From assembly GCF_006345805.1 (NCBI RefSeq), contig NC_043013.1, positions 45,136,001 to 45,200,000 of the forward strand: a DNA stretch of 64,000 bases, given 5' to 3'. Made by a program: the position numbers and the translations under genes. This DNA comes from Octopus sinensis. Taxonomy: Eukaryota. Below, one piece after another: positions 13,595 through 26,766 of this stretch. Below the pieces are notes generated by a model. The model had not been told where the DNA came from, ran no database searches, and saw only the letters and a list, made by a program, of their open reading frames with translations. Position 1 is the first letter of the stretch, and every line of letters starts with the position of its first letter.

Positions 13595-13618
13595 GTACAT
13601 TTGAGCAAACACATAAGA

Positions 13619-13999
13619 ATCATAGGATTCCTTACACGCTAGAGAGGACAGTTCAATTCCAAACCACTATTAGGGATAAAATTTCGAAAGGAATGAAATA
13701 TAAAAACATTTACCATCTAACTCCTGGACCAATGGTTTCAGACTTTTTTTAGCAAATAAAATAATTTGCTAGGCAAAGCCTTCTTCAGCAGGTACACCTT
13801 AGATTAAATATATATATATATACATGAGGCAATCCAGTATATGCCCCGTGCTTATACATTCTAATTTTTAAAATCTACCACGCATTGGCCTAGGAGTTAG
13901 ATGGTAAATGTTTTTAGTTTTCATTCTTTTTGAAATTTTATCCCTGATTAGTGGTTTGGAATTTAACTGTCCTTTCTAGCATGTAAGCAATTCTATGAT
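13619..13999. mobile_element. MITE/foldback with ~120-bp imperfect terminal inverted repeats
   Basis: 13619-13735 is the reverse complement of 13883-13999. Confidence 0.75.
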
Positions 14000-16174
14000 G
14001 GATACCTCTTGTGTGTGTAAATGTACACTGTATTTATATGAATAATACATAGTCTATTGACTAAATTTTTACACGCTAGGCCACTGGTAATGGAAATTTC
14101 AAATATTTCTGATTACCCTTTGACTCTATTAATTATATATATATAAAAATAAATATATATACATATATATAACTTATGATTGGAACTCTTGGCGACTCTT
14201 GTCTATCAAATCTACCTATCCTATGGTTGATTTACCGATTTAAATGACTGGTTTTAGATAACTAACCCTTATTTCTAAACTATATATATATATATATATA
14301 TATATATTCTACATCTGAAAGCTAATGTTTAATACAGTATCAAGTAGCATTTTTTTCTTAGTTTCTGTTAGTAGCATTGAGTCTGGATTTGTATTTTCCA
14401 GAGTATAACTTTATTCCAGAATTTGTGGTATTTAATTTATTTAGACATTTGCAGAATTCATTGATTCAATTAATTGAAGAAGAAAAAAAAAGTTGCTCTT
14501 GTTTAAAGTAACTTTTTTACAGTGATTGTTCCCTTCCTTGCAACATCACGTTGCCGAACAAGCCTCTCATGATGTCCTTGACAAGGGCTATGTGACTATG
14601 TTTGTCAATGACGAGTTCCTTGACAGGTGCTATGTACTTGTCTTGGAATTTTTTATGGGAGAATACAAATGTTTTCCTGTTCTCTTTGAGTTTTTTTTTT
14701 CTTTTTACAATGCATCATTTCCTTGGTTAAATAGAACTGGGTTTACTTCACCTGTTTGGTTGTAGTAGACTCTGGTTGTAAATATCTAGAAGAAATACTG
14801 CTAAGTATTTTCTCCCAATGCTTTATCAATTCTTCCAATCCACTGCCCTAGACTGGTATTTTATTTTATTGACCCTGGAAGGATGAAAAGCAAAGCTGAC
14901 TTGAGAAGGATTTAAACTCAAAGCAAAAGATCCAGAGCAAACACTACAAGGTATTTTATCCAGTGTTCTAACAATTCTGCCAATTAACAGTGATTCTAAA
15001 CTGAGCAAGTTGTACAGTTTAATTTGCAATTTTACCCAAACAATCAATCATAAAAACTTCTGCTTAGTTCAACAACCTATTTATGAGTGAGTTACCTACA
15101 GAACCTATGCAGTGGACTGGTCTTCTGTTTGGAATCTTCTCACACACACCTTAGCTGAAATTAAGATAACTTTTGCAACACCGAGTTGTATAGTCTCCTT
15201 GTACTACATTAAGACAGTTGTCAAATTGCCCTTGCAACCTGATGCTTTATAAACTGTTTATCAGGAATGATCATGTATTTTGGTTATGTACCATTTTTTC
15301 CCCCTTTTTTCATGATATGCTAACTCAAATGGAAAATTGAGTGAACTTTTGTTTCTTGAATGTCTCTTTCTGTGTTGTCTTGATTTATTTTTTTTACTCA
15401 TGTATTATTCTACAAATTATGTAAAATACCTAACTGTATTTCCTGTGCTTCAGTTGCTACAGTTTACATTTTAAATTGAATTTTTGAATTTTTGAACTCA
15501 GTTTTTATTACTTAAAATTTCAATGATTTCATTAATTCTCCCCCCCCCTACTCATATTTTCACTATTTATTCATAACATATTCACATTTTGTATGGGTAG
15601 TAGATTGTTATAATTGCTAGTGTTGTACAAAATACTTTACAGTATATTCACATGTATTCCATTTTACTTTCTGAGCCGGAATCCCAGGCTCACTTCACTT
15701 GTCATTCTTCCAGGGTTGATAAAATAAGGTCCAGTTAAATAATAGTGATGTCAATTTAATCAGCTGTTCCTTCCTCCACTAAAGATGATGGCCTTATGCC
15801 AAAGACAAAAATAACTACATTAGCATTTCTGTTGTAGGGTGTCTTTAGTTGTTGATAAAATTTTTATTTTTGTATAAACATTAGGGTACACAGACTACTG
15901 AATTCCTTACAATAGTATTTTTGGGGGGTTTTCTGTCATGAATGATAAATTCTTCAGTTTGCAGAGCTTGATATTAAATATTTCCTTTCTATATAACAGA
16001 AATGATTCCCGATATGTAATAGTTATGTTTAATATAGTGCAGTGATATTAAATAATGTGTTTAACATAAGGGCAACAGTATCCAATTATTATTTTAATTA
16101 AATAATTAAGTAACCTCTAGCTGCACCAGTAGTCATTTTGTATGTGTGTATTATTATTATTGTAATTATTATTA

Positions 16175-16620
16175 AGGTAGTGAACTGGCAGAATTGTTAG
16201 CACACCAGACAAAATGCTGCTGTCTTCACTTTCTGAGTTCAAATTCCGCTGGGGTCAACTTTGCCTTTCATCCTTTCAGGGTCGATAAAATAAGTACCAG
16301 TTACACACTGGGGTCAATGTAATGAACTAGTACCCTCCTACAAAATTTCAGGCTTTGTGCCTTTAGCAGAAAGGATTATTATTATTATTATTATATTATT
16401 ATTATTAAGGGGGTGAGCTGGCAGAATCGTTAGCACGCCAGGTGAAATGCTTAGCAGTATTTTGTTTGTCTTCAGATTCTGAGTTCAAATGCCACTGGGG
16501 TCAACTTTGCTTTTCTCCCTTTTGGGGTCGATAAAATAAGTACCAGTTGAGCACTGGGGTTGATGTAATTGACTGCCCCCCACCCCCAATTTCAGGCCTT
16601 ATGCCTATAGTAGAAAGGAT
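16175..16620 (+). mobile_element. SINE family 2, two tandem copies separated by (ATT)n; other copies at ~9737-9950, 14810-14990(-), 18340-18850, 31920-32150(-), 39220-39560(-), 42500-42725(-), 44860-45020(-)
   Basis: GAGCTGGCAGAAT.GTTAGCAC...TTCTGAGTTCAAAT...GGTC.ACTTTGC.TTTCATCC...GATAAAATAAGTACCAG. Confidence 0.82.
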
Positions 16621-17336
16621 TATTATTATTATTTGTGATACTGCATAGTTATAAGTTTTCATTAAGAAACCAGCTAATGTTGCTAATTATTGACATTGCT
16701 TCAAAGTTCTTAGAGACCAAACTGGATGAGGGCATTTAGTTTTTTTTATTTAACATGATTACAGATGTGGATGATTAAAGGCTTATTAAGCTTCACCCCC
16801 CATCCCCCCAACACCTGCCAATAATAACCATGACATTGCAAAATATCTGAATTCATCATACTTGTAAATAGGTAGTTGTATGTATGAATGAATAAACAAA
16901 GGAAGATTGTGGTGTAGTAAATGGTGCTAGGTTCCTTCTTTTTATCCTTTACATAATGTTGACAATAATTCTTTTATTATTTTCCTTTTTAAATGTCTAA
17001 AATATTGTGAAACGGCAGTGGTAATATTCACGCACATACAAACAGCATTTTGATGCCATTTAGTAATTATTTCAAGTAATCAAAATATATATATATACAT
17101 ATATACGTAATCCTTGGCTGGAATTTCTAGCTGTTTCATTAAAATTAATAATTTTCTATTTTACACCTATATATATATATTTCAGTCATTTTATTCTGAA
17201 ATGACTTGGTAGATTGCAAAATAATCATTTCCCAGAATAGAAAAACTTAATTCTCTAGTCAAACAGTTATGTCTCATGATCTGAAGTTGATGCATTTGTA
17301 TGTAGGTCGGTCGGTCCGTCAGTCGGTAGAGTAAAA

Positions 17337-17479
17337 TAGTATTTTATCAAAGCTGAAAATATTTCATAAACTGTTACTCAGAGTTTCATGTAACCGACCA
17401 TCGTAACAATCTGATGATCGCTTGCATGGGACTTTGAGTAACAGTTAATGAATTTTTTCAGCTTCAATAAAATACTATA
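17337..17479. mobile_element. Short hairpin MITE
   Basis: TAGTATTTTAT..AAGCTGAAAA...ACTGTTACTCA inverted with TGAGTAACAGT...TTTTCAGCTT..ATAAAATACTA. Confidence 0.6.
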
Positions 17480-17734
17480 TATATATATATACAAATAAAT
17501 GAAAGAATGGAGTTGAACGACGAATTAACAAAATTCCTTTATTTTATTTTCGACATATGTTTCGAAGGCTGCATATTCCTAATTTGTATTTAAAAAAACA
17601 CACAAATTTCCACACGATAGCACGTGATCTCTGCCCTAGGCATGTAGCTTCAACCGTGTTTTTCTGACGTGAATTTGCTACCCAGGTATCGGTTAACCGA
17701 ATTATCCATAATAAGATAATTCATTCAACTACTC

Positions 17735-17787
<53 letters not shown>

Positions 17788-20700
17788 CATTAGCTTGTTT
17801 CAAAAAAGGGAAGGGCCATCATCATAAGTTTTCTCTGCCTCTCCTAAACTGAGGGACTGGGAAAACTAGGTGAGATTAATGTGGTTCATGCCCAGTTTGA
17901 ATTCTTGCATATTTTCTGTTAATTAAATACAATCCTCGTTTCAATGATAGTGGCTGGTTTTGATGTATTGAAATAATATGGAACACAAATTGGTTTTCTT
18001 AAATTGTTGTGGCATTTGGAATAACTGAACATGTTTATTCAAGAGGCTTGTCATGCTCTTTGTATCGCAGCAACGAAGATGTTGCCGTGGGAAGAATACT
18101 TGCTTAGCAGCTTTCATACATATATTGTTTCAGTTCAAATATTTCAAGGAGAAACTTGAACAATTTTTTTTTAAATAAAGAAAAATACATTAAAATTATA
18201 AAATCTTGCTATTTAAGAAATGGCTTTAAATGAAACGATAAAATGATTATGCCTCATTTGTGCAGGGAAATATTTAGGCCTCTATTCTTACATGAAGTAA
18301 ATCATTGTTAAAGAAATCCTAGGGATTATTATAAGCCTAAAAGTGGCAGACTAACAGAAATGTTAGATTACAAAAAAAAAAAAAAAAATGCTTTGCAGTA
18401 TTTGTTTGAACTCTTTTGAGTTCAGATCCCACTGAGGTCAACTTTGCCTTTGCATCCTTTTGGGGTCTATGAAATAAAATACCAGTCAAGTACTGTGGTT
18501 CAGTGGTATTGACTAACTCCTTCCTCTCAGAATTGTTGGCCTTGTGCCTAAATTAGAAATATGAGAATCATTAGAGCATTGCAAAAAAAAAAAAAAAAGA
18601 AAAGAATGCCTTGTGGTTTTTGGTCAGGTTCTTTATGTTCTGAGTTCAAATCCTGCTGAGGTTAACAAACTTTGCTTTTTATCCTTCTGGGGTAGTCAAT
18701 AAAATAAAGAAGGGCAGAAACGGTAGTGTCAGATAGAATACATTAAGATGCCTAGTTACATCTGTGTAGTGAATTCAGATGTTGGTCAAGTCGAAAGGAT
18801 AAGTAGATATCAATTGAGTTGATGTAACTGACCCCCCCCCCCAATATTTGTGGCATCTTAGTACCAACTTAATAAAAAAAAAAATCAGCTTATGGGCTTC
18901 ACAAAACTATATCTTCATAATTTATTAATTATTAAATTATTAGGCACAGAAAATGTCTGTTAAGTCTATTTGCTATTGAGAAATTGTGAAAAATATGCTG
19001 ACTTCCTACTTACTAGTTCTGGGATTGATAGCAATGTTCAAGGTCTGGTTGTGATGGTGGACAAGTATTTTGTTGGTTTTTTTTTTGGTTTTTTAAAAAA
19101 TTTTATCATGAACTGTAAATAAAAACTTCCTACCTGCACATAGAAGTATAGAATATATACATACATATATATACAACTTGTTTAGCCATTGTGTGATGGA
19201 GATGACAGTGTCCCTTACAGGCAGTATATGCAGACAAGTGTGTGCTTAGGACAGGAATTGAACCCCAGAAACTAGTACCAGAATAATTTACAGACTGAAT
19301 ATACATTGTACTCTAAAAGACAATTTATGGGTTAAAAAAACCAGACAGCAAAATTAGGTTTATGTTGTGAAAGAAATGAAAAGATTTTGGGGTTTTGAAT
19401 AGTTTGTTCTTTGTCTGGTTAGAGAAGACAGTCCCTTCTTTGCCATTTATTTATTGATCTTGATAAAGGACAAATTGTGCAAAATATCAATCTCTCTTCT
19501 TTTCCTTCACTGTGTTATACATTAACTTTGTATTGTTGTTTGCTCAGGTTTTTTTTTTGTGTTTGTTTCGGCTACTAAATTTCCTTTTGGACACACAGAC
19601 ACACACATATGTGCATTCACTCGTAAACATATTCACATTCACCATGCTGACACAGATCAAGCCTGGATTACACAGATACTGGTATTTCTTACATTGTAAT
19701 CCTGCTGGTCAAAATATCGGGTTTTAAAGAATTTTTTTAACCTCGGTCAATGGCTGGGGTATAAAACTTTTTGTTAAGCTGCTGTTTTTACTGATGTAAC
19801 GATAACTGTTGGCACTTGAACTGATCCCCACCCTCTCCATGACGTTATAGTTTTGTCTCATCACAGAAATTTTAAAAAATATTAAAATTGTATATAAAGA
19901 AAAGGAAAGAAAAAAAATTCTTTTCTCTTCGCATCACAGTTTATTAATGACATAAACTTTCTATTTATCCATTTGGTGCAGTTTGATGTTTCTTAGTTTA
20001 AACTGTTACCTTCAGCACTGCTTGACGAAATTGCAGGAGGTGCGCGTGTGTGTGTGCATGTGTGAATGCATGTGGAATGGGTAGGTAGAAATAAAACGTA
20101 AAAGTTAATTTAATTCTTGAAGTTTGACAGTTTTGATTCCTTTTAGTTTTAGAATGCCACTGCAGTGGAAGAGTCGAGCTTCTATTAAGAATAGAAATTC
20201 TAGTGGCCACTTACTTGTTGGGTAAATTTTATCAAATCTTTCTCTGAACTAATAATTCCGTAATTGTTGTCCATTTTAAACTGAGACTATTTTACTTCAG
20301 TGCCTAATTACCCTCTGATATATCAGTAAAAAAAAAAACTCTTACTAAATATGTCAACTTCTAAATGGGATACGATTGCATATTTCTTTTTAGTGTTGCT
20401 GAGAGGTGATCAAACTGGTTTTTGTTGGAGATTTTCTTATTTAAAATCTAATCGCAGGCAGAAAAAGTTATCCACGGGGTAGGGAGAAATCGAGGTAAAT
20501 TTATGTGGATAGACTCTTGTCTTGTGATTTTTATGTATGACAAAAGCTTGATGATTTCCGAGTGATGTGGAGTATCAATCACAAGGAGGAAATTCAAATG
20601 ACAGTTTTTGTTTGTTTGTGGGTTTTTCTTTTGTATTTTTGTTTGTTTTTTAATTTAATTTCTTAATCAATTACATGGATATTACTTTTTAAACATTTTG

Positions 20701-22452
20701 AAAAATTCGGTTTGAAATTCAAACTTAACATTCCTGTTCTGGGCTACCGACTTTGAGATGATGTAGCCGTGTGAGTGTTTACAAGAGACACACAGTAATA
20801 GTTCTTCAGAAATGTCCGCATTAAAAGTGGACATTTTTTAAAACTAGGTATTACAAATTACTGTTTATCTTTTGAAACTAACATTTTTTTTTCCTTCCCC
20901 AACCTTTTTGCCAAATAGTATTTAAAATTCTTTTATTATCCGACTTAGAAATGTTTTCTCTTAAATTTTTAAAAATGTGATGAGAACTTATCTCATTTCC
21001 ACTATTTATTTATGTTTACAAGTTATCAATATATTTTTGTTCTTGCAAGAGAACCAGTCTCGATGATGCTGGAGCCAAATTTGGTAAAGTCTTGCATGCC
21101 TGGGTTTTTTTTTTGTTTGTTTTTTTAAATTATTACTATGTAAAATTTACTGAATCGCTTTGAAAATTAGAAAACGAGAGTAAATATTTGCATTGTAAAT
21201 ACTTATTTATAAATTTTTTGTTTTCTTAATTTGCTGTCAATTTTAAATTATTTCTTCTAAGCACAGTGTATTGACAAATTCCTTTTTATTTCTTTCCATC
21301 CCCATACCTTTGGCAGCATCAACCCCCCTTGCTCATTCACAAATCCAATGGGAGAAGTGTTTAATTTTATTTTGTTTTCCAACTTCTAAAAGATGCTGCC
21401 GTAACCAATTCTTCAACTAATTACAACCCCAAATTTTTTTTTTTTTTTTTACATCATATTCACACATATATATATATATATACACACACACACACGTGTG
21501 ATAGTAAATAAAATGGTAAACACTTGTCATGCAAATTAGTAACGCCACTTCTCTAAAGTTACAAGGTTAGATGTGTATATAAACAGAATGTCTGCTCATT
21601 TCTCTGGGACTGCCAAGTGATGTCGACACCTAATGGAACCCCAATAAGGGTCAATAATTGGTTAAGCTTCATCATTTTTTTTGTTCGTTCTACAGAGGAA
21701 TCAGTAAAACTGACATGATTGTATGTCTATTGCGTGTGTATATATGTGTGTTTGTATGTGTTTATACATGTGTATGTATGTGTGTTTATATGTGTGTATG
21801 TATGTGTTTATGTATATGACATAGTGGATATGTATGTCATTATGTGTGTGTGTGTGTTAATTTTATACATAATGTTGGTTCTTAATATTCCCAAGAATAT
21901 TAAAATTTCTTTCATTTGCTCCCTGTTTCTTTATAACAATACATTGGTGCTGAATTTATGGAGTTAACAGTTTGCTTCACTTAATTTCATTTTTTTTTTT
22001 CCCCACTTTATTAATTAATTTAAACAATTTTTCATTGATTTGAATTTGAATTTGAAATTTATTATTAATTTCCCAGTCCCCATTTGAATGTTACTGCAAC
22101 ACCTAATTGTAAATTAATTTCCTGTATATATATGTCTGAACCAGTAACAAAATCTTTCCACTCTACTGACCACAGATTAGGACATTTCCTAAGCTTACTT
22201 TGAAGATTCAGAAATATCTTTTTTATCCTAAGTGATAAGATCACTTGTTTAATATCTTATTCTGAAATTAAATTGATTTTTCTGAATTTGCTATCTGATT
22301 TTGTGTTGTTTTCGTCTAAGAACATTGTTGTTGAATATCTTAACCCAGGGTAAAACTGACTCCTGCATAACCGTGTTTCTTGCCTCTTTTTATTATTTTA
22401 AGCATAGTCTATCTCAGACTGCATTAACTAATGTGTCTTTCTTTTTTCAAGA

Positions 22453-22823
22453 CTAGCACTATGACCCAGCAACGCCGGGTCATAGTGCTAGTGCATGCAT
22501 ATACAGCTGCGTGCATGCGCACATACACGCAAGTACTGTCCAAATCTCCGACCAATCACATACAGCTAGCTGGCATTCAATTGGCGTATCAAGTTTCGGG
22601 CATTTTGATTGGGTTTTGGATAGAAAATTCACAAAAAAGTCACTTCTATTGATTTTTTTAATGGCTTTGCGGGGTGACTGGGGAAATGTAAAGATGTGCA
22701 TGACCACTCTTGGACGGTTTTAAATGACCATAGAAAGTGCGAACCCTCTAACTGAAAAATTGTGGATTTGTATAAAGGACATATACACACACACAGACAT
22801 TTTGCTGTTTATATATATAGAGA
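22453..22823 (-). mobile_element. Non-autonomous Helitron, family A
   Basis: 5' TC and 3' CTAG termini in an A|T site; hairpin ACTATGACCCAGCAACGCCGGGTCATAGT. Confidence 0.85.
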
Positions 22824-23202
22824 TGATATGGTGTAATTTGAGAGACATTTAGCTGTGATTTCTAGCAGGTTGAATGACCATGTAGAAATTGGTTTTTCTG
22901 AATGGATTTAGCAGAAATAGTTGAGCATGGACAAAATCATTGTCATTATCATAATTTAATGTTCATGTCTCATGATGGCATGGGTCAGGTAATTCGACTG
23001 GATCCAGTGGGCCTTGTGCTCCAGTGTCTGCTTCGACATGGTTTCTATGGATGGATGCCTTTCCTAATACCAACCACTTTGCAGTTTGTATTGGATACAC
23101 TAGTGAGGCCATCATGTGGTTTGCAAGACTGTGAACGCCAAGGGGGAAACTTTATGCTAGATGGTGAAGGGTACTTAGAGTATTCAAAAAAAAAAATTAG
23201 TG

Positions 23203-23730
23203 CAGGCGTTGCTTCCCAATCACATGGTTCCGGGTTCAATTGCACCGCATGGCACCTTGGGCAAGTACCTTCTGAAGCCTTGTGGATTTATTTGGTAGAT
23301 GGAAACTGAAAGAAGATGGTTGTGTGGACATATGTGTGTGTGTGTATATTTGCCCCCCCCCCCAATCACTGCTTGGCAACCAGTGTTGGTGTATTTATAT
23401 TCCTGCAACTTAGCAGTTCGCCAAAAGAAACCGATAGTATTAGTACCAGGTTAATGAAAATAAACAAAAAAATAAGTTGATTTGTCCGACTAAAATCCTT
23501 CAAAGCAGTGCTCCAGCATGACCACGATGATGATGATGTGTATATGTTTGTCCCTCTTGACAACCGATGCTGGTGTGTTTACGTCCCCGTAACTTAGCGG
23601 TTCGGCAAAAGAGACCGATAGAATAAGTACTAGGCTTACAAAGAATAAGTCCTGGGGTCGATGTTCTCGATTAAAGGTGGTGCTCCAGCATGGCCACAGT
23701 CAGATGACTGAAACAAATAAAAGAGAAAGA
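23203..23730 (+). mobile_element. SINE family 1, composite of two copies
   Basis: Same head and tail motifs; second tail 23545-23730. Confidence 0.8.
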
Positions 23731-23761
23731 GTATATATATATATGTGTGTGTGTGTAATCT

Positions 23762-24005
23762 GACCAATAAGTATCCGGACTGTTGCCGTAGTAACGAAGC
23801 TAAAGCATGCAGAGTGAAGCCACTTGGCCTCTACTGTGCATGCACTCTGAGTTTTAACATTCTAGCTCACTTCCACTGTTTACAGCAGTGCTTGAAAGGA
23901 AGGTGTGTAGCGTGTGATCGTCGCATTGATCATGACAGAGAAAGTTGAGCAGAGAATTTTGCCAAAAGCTTGGCAATACCTGCTCAGAGGACTACGCAAA
24001 GTTTT
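23762..24005 (+). mobile_element. Mariner-type transposon 5' fragment
   Basis: TIR-like CCAATAAGTATCCGGAC and a degraded start MTEKVEQR..FCQKLG from ATG 23932. Confidence 0.55.
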
Positions 24006-24114
24006 CATGAAGGAGATCTTGTGCAACTGAAACTCCAAATGTCTTTTTGGTCAGCTGAAAGTAGTTTTGGCACAAACTTGGCAGACATGCATCTCATACC
24101 CAAATCTTCAGTGA

Positions 24115-24530
24115 TAATGGATTCATGCCAGGGAAAGGCACTACTGATGCTATATTTCTGGTAAGACAGCTGCAGGAGAAATACCTAGCCAAAGATAAAC
24201 CACTGTACCTGACATAGAGAAAGCCTTTGACAGGGTCCCCTGATCCTGGTGGCCAATGAGGAAACTAAAGATAGATGAATTGTTAGTGAGAGCTGTGCAA
24301 GCCATGTACAGGGATGCTGTCAGTAAGGTGAGGGTTGGCAACGAGTACAGTAAAGAATTCCAGGTAGAGGTAGGGGTCCACCAAGGTTCAGTCCTCAGCC
24401 CCCTCCTATTTATCATAGTCCTCCAGGCAATAGCAGAGATATTCAAGACAGGATGCCTCTGGGAGCTTCTCTATGCTGATGACCTTGCTCTAATTGCTGA
24501 GTCACTATCAGAACTAGAGAAGTATGAAAA
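24115..24530 (+). mobile_element. RTE-clade LINE reverse transcriptase fragment
   Basis: GFMPGKGTTDAIFLVRQLQEKY, EKAFDRV, GVHQGSVLSPLLF, LLYADDL. Confidence 0.88.
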
Positions 24531-24759
24531 CAAGGATTAGAATTGAAGGACCTTAGAGTGTGTGGTGTTTTGCATTTCTAATAAAATAAATATATACAAA
24601 TTACAAAAATAATCAATCATATATCCAGTACAGTACTGTTTCTACTTTGCAGGTTTTCACCTACTGTGGGGAGTTTTGGAATGTAACACCTGCAATAGTT
24701 AAGGGATTACCGTATACACACACACACATACATACATACATACATATATATATAAAGTT

Positions 24760-24935
24760 AATCCAAACATGAAAACACAAGAGAAAACACAACAACACAA
24801 GGACGTGGAACAAGTATAGTATTATTGGACGCTCAGGAAGGAAGGGAAGAAGGAGGTTTTACGTTTCGAGCAGAGCTCTTCGTCGGAAACATAGGAAAAG
24901 GAAAGATCCAGAGAAGGGAAGACAGAGGAATATAT
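24760..24935 (-). mobile_element. Penelope-like terminal repeat (same type) with hammerhead motif
   Basis: Minus strand GTTT-CCGACGA-A-GAGC tct GCTC-GAAA-CGTA-AAAC at 24890-24856. Confidence 0.55.
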
Positions 24936-25496
24936 ATCTACACACACAAAATCACACGTGCAACATACATACACAATAGGTGTCTTTTGGTTTCCATTTA
25001 TGAAATCCAGTTTCAAGGTTTCCCATTGGTTTGGGACTTTACCAGAAGACACTTGTCGAATGTGCAAAACTTGCAGATACAAATGTGCGTGTGTGTGAGA
25101 GAGAGAGATATAATAAAATGTAATAATGAATGGGTTCTTCATTTTCTGTTATTCTTTCTAATATTTATTCACACACATACATATATTATATATGTATGGA
25201 CAAATGAAAGAAAAGGGTACTCAATACATTTAGTAGGAGTTACATGAATTATTTAGAAGTTTGATTTGTTTCCATGCAACTTAAAGCTTCATAGGCCTCT
25301 AACAGAAGCCCGTCTCTTTCAGGCTTTAGATTACTGAATCTAATTCAGTAATCTAAAGCCTGAAAGAAATGGGCTTCTGTTAAGGGCCTACAAAGCTTTC
25401 CCATTGGTTTGGGACTTTAACAGAAGACACTTGCCAAATGTGCAAAACTTGCAGATACAAATGAGCGTGTATATATATATATATTTTTTTTTTTTT

Positions 25497-25879
25497 CTTT
25501 ACTTGTTTCAGTCATTTGACTGCGGCCATGCTGGAGCACCGCCTTTAATCGAGCAACTCGACCCCGGGACTTATTCTTTTGTAAGCCCAGTACTTATTCT
25601 ATTGGTCTCTTTTGCTGAACCGCTGAGTGACAGGGACGTAAACACACCAGCATCGGTTGTCAAGCAATGCTAGGGGGACAAACACACACACATACATATA
25701 TATATATACATATATACGACGGGCTTCTTTCAGTTTCCGTCTACCAAATCCACTCACAAGGCTTTGGTCGGCCCGAGGCTATAGTAGAAGACACTTGCCC
25801 AAAGTGCCACGCAGTGGGACTGAACCCGGAACTATGTGGTTGGTAAGCAAGCTACTTACCACACAGCCACTCCTGCGCC

Positions 25880-25881
<2 letters not shown>
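25497..25881 (-). mobile_element. SINE family 1, near full length
   Basis: Reverse complement of the copies at 48088 and 58823. Confidence 0.88.
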
Positions 25882-25911
<30 letters not shown>

Positions 25912-26734
25912 CATATTTATATATACATATTTATATATATACACACACACAGACCACAAACATTATCATATCTTAAATATTAGTGAGGTATATGATATCC
26001 CCCCGAGGCAGAAACAGTTTTTGAACCTGTTGTCCTGGTTTGAGTAAATGGCTGTTTTCTAGTATATGTAACGATTTCAGTAAGAGAGGTTAGTCTTAAA
26101 TATTGTTCTCCTTCATCAGCAATGCAACACACACACACACTGTACCATACTGCAATGCAGTAGATGGAGATGCTTTCAGCTGTTCTCCAGTGAAATTTTA
26201 TGAGCAACTAAGAAGATATTTAGATTCATAGTGTTCTAAGAGTACACGTCACCAGCTCTACTTTGATGGAACTCCACAATGATGATGATGATGATTTCAC
26301 TGGTCAGCATTCCCAATCATTACTAACGAAGGGGAATAATCACAATATGAGGGACTCATACATTCACCTTGGCAATTAACAAATGTGTTATAAATAATTA
26401 CTAAACTGAAATGCTTGTGCAGGAAGATAATTGAAAAGCTAAGGAGAAAAAACCTACTAGTGCAATGTGGAATGAATCAAAGATCATCACCATCATCATC
26501 TGTTAATATGATCAGTGTACCTCCATCTCTCTCTCTCTCACTTTGTTTGTATGTGCCCTTGACATTTAGCTGCTATGATACTTTTAGTATGTTTGAATTT
26601 TATGAAAGAACTGACAGGTTGTTTAGTTAGTTGACCTATGGTACTTGGAAATACTAACGAATAACTTAGCTGACTACTGAGTAGTTATGAACAAAAGTTT
26701 AACTGTTCATGTATATATAACCTGTAAATAGTTT

Positions 26735-26766
<32 letters not shown>

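Noticed and set aside
22902-23309. 135-aa ORF
   Set aside because: Runs through degenerate SINE family 3 and family 1 sequence
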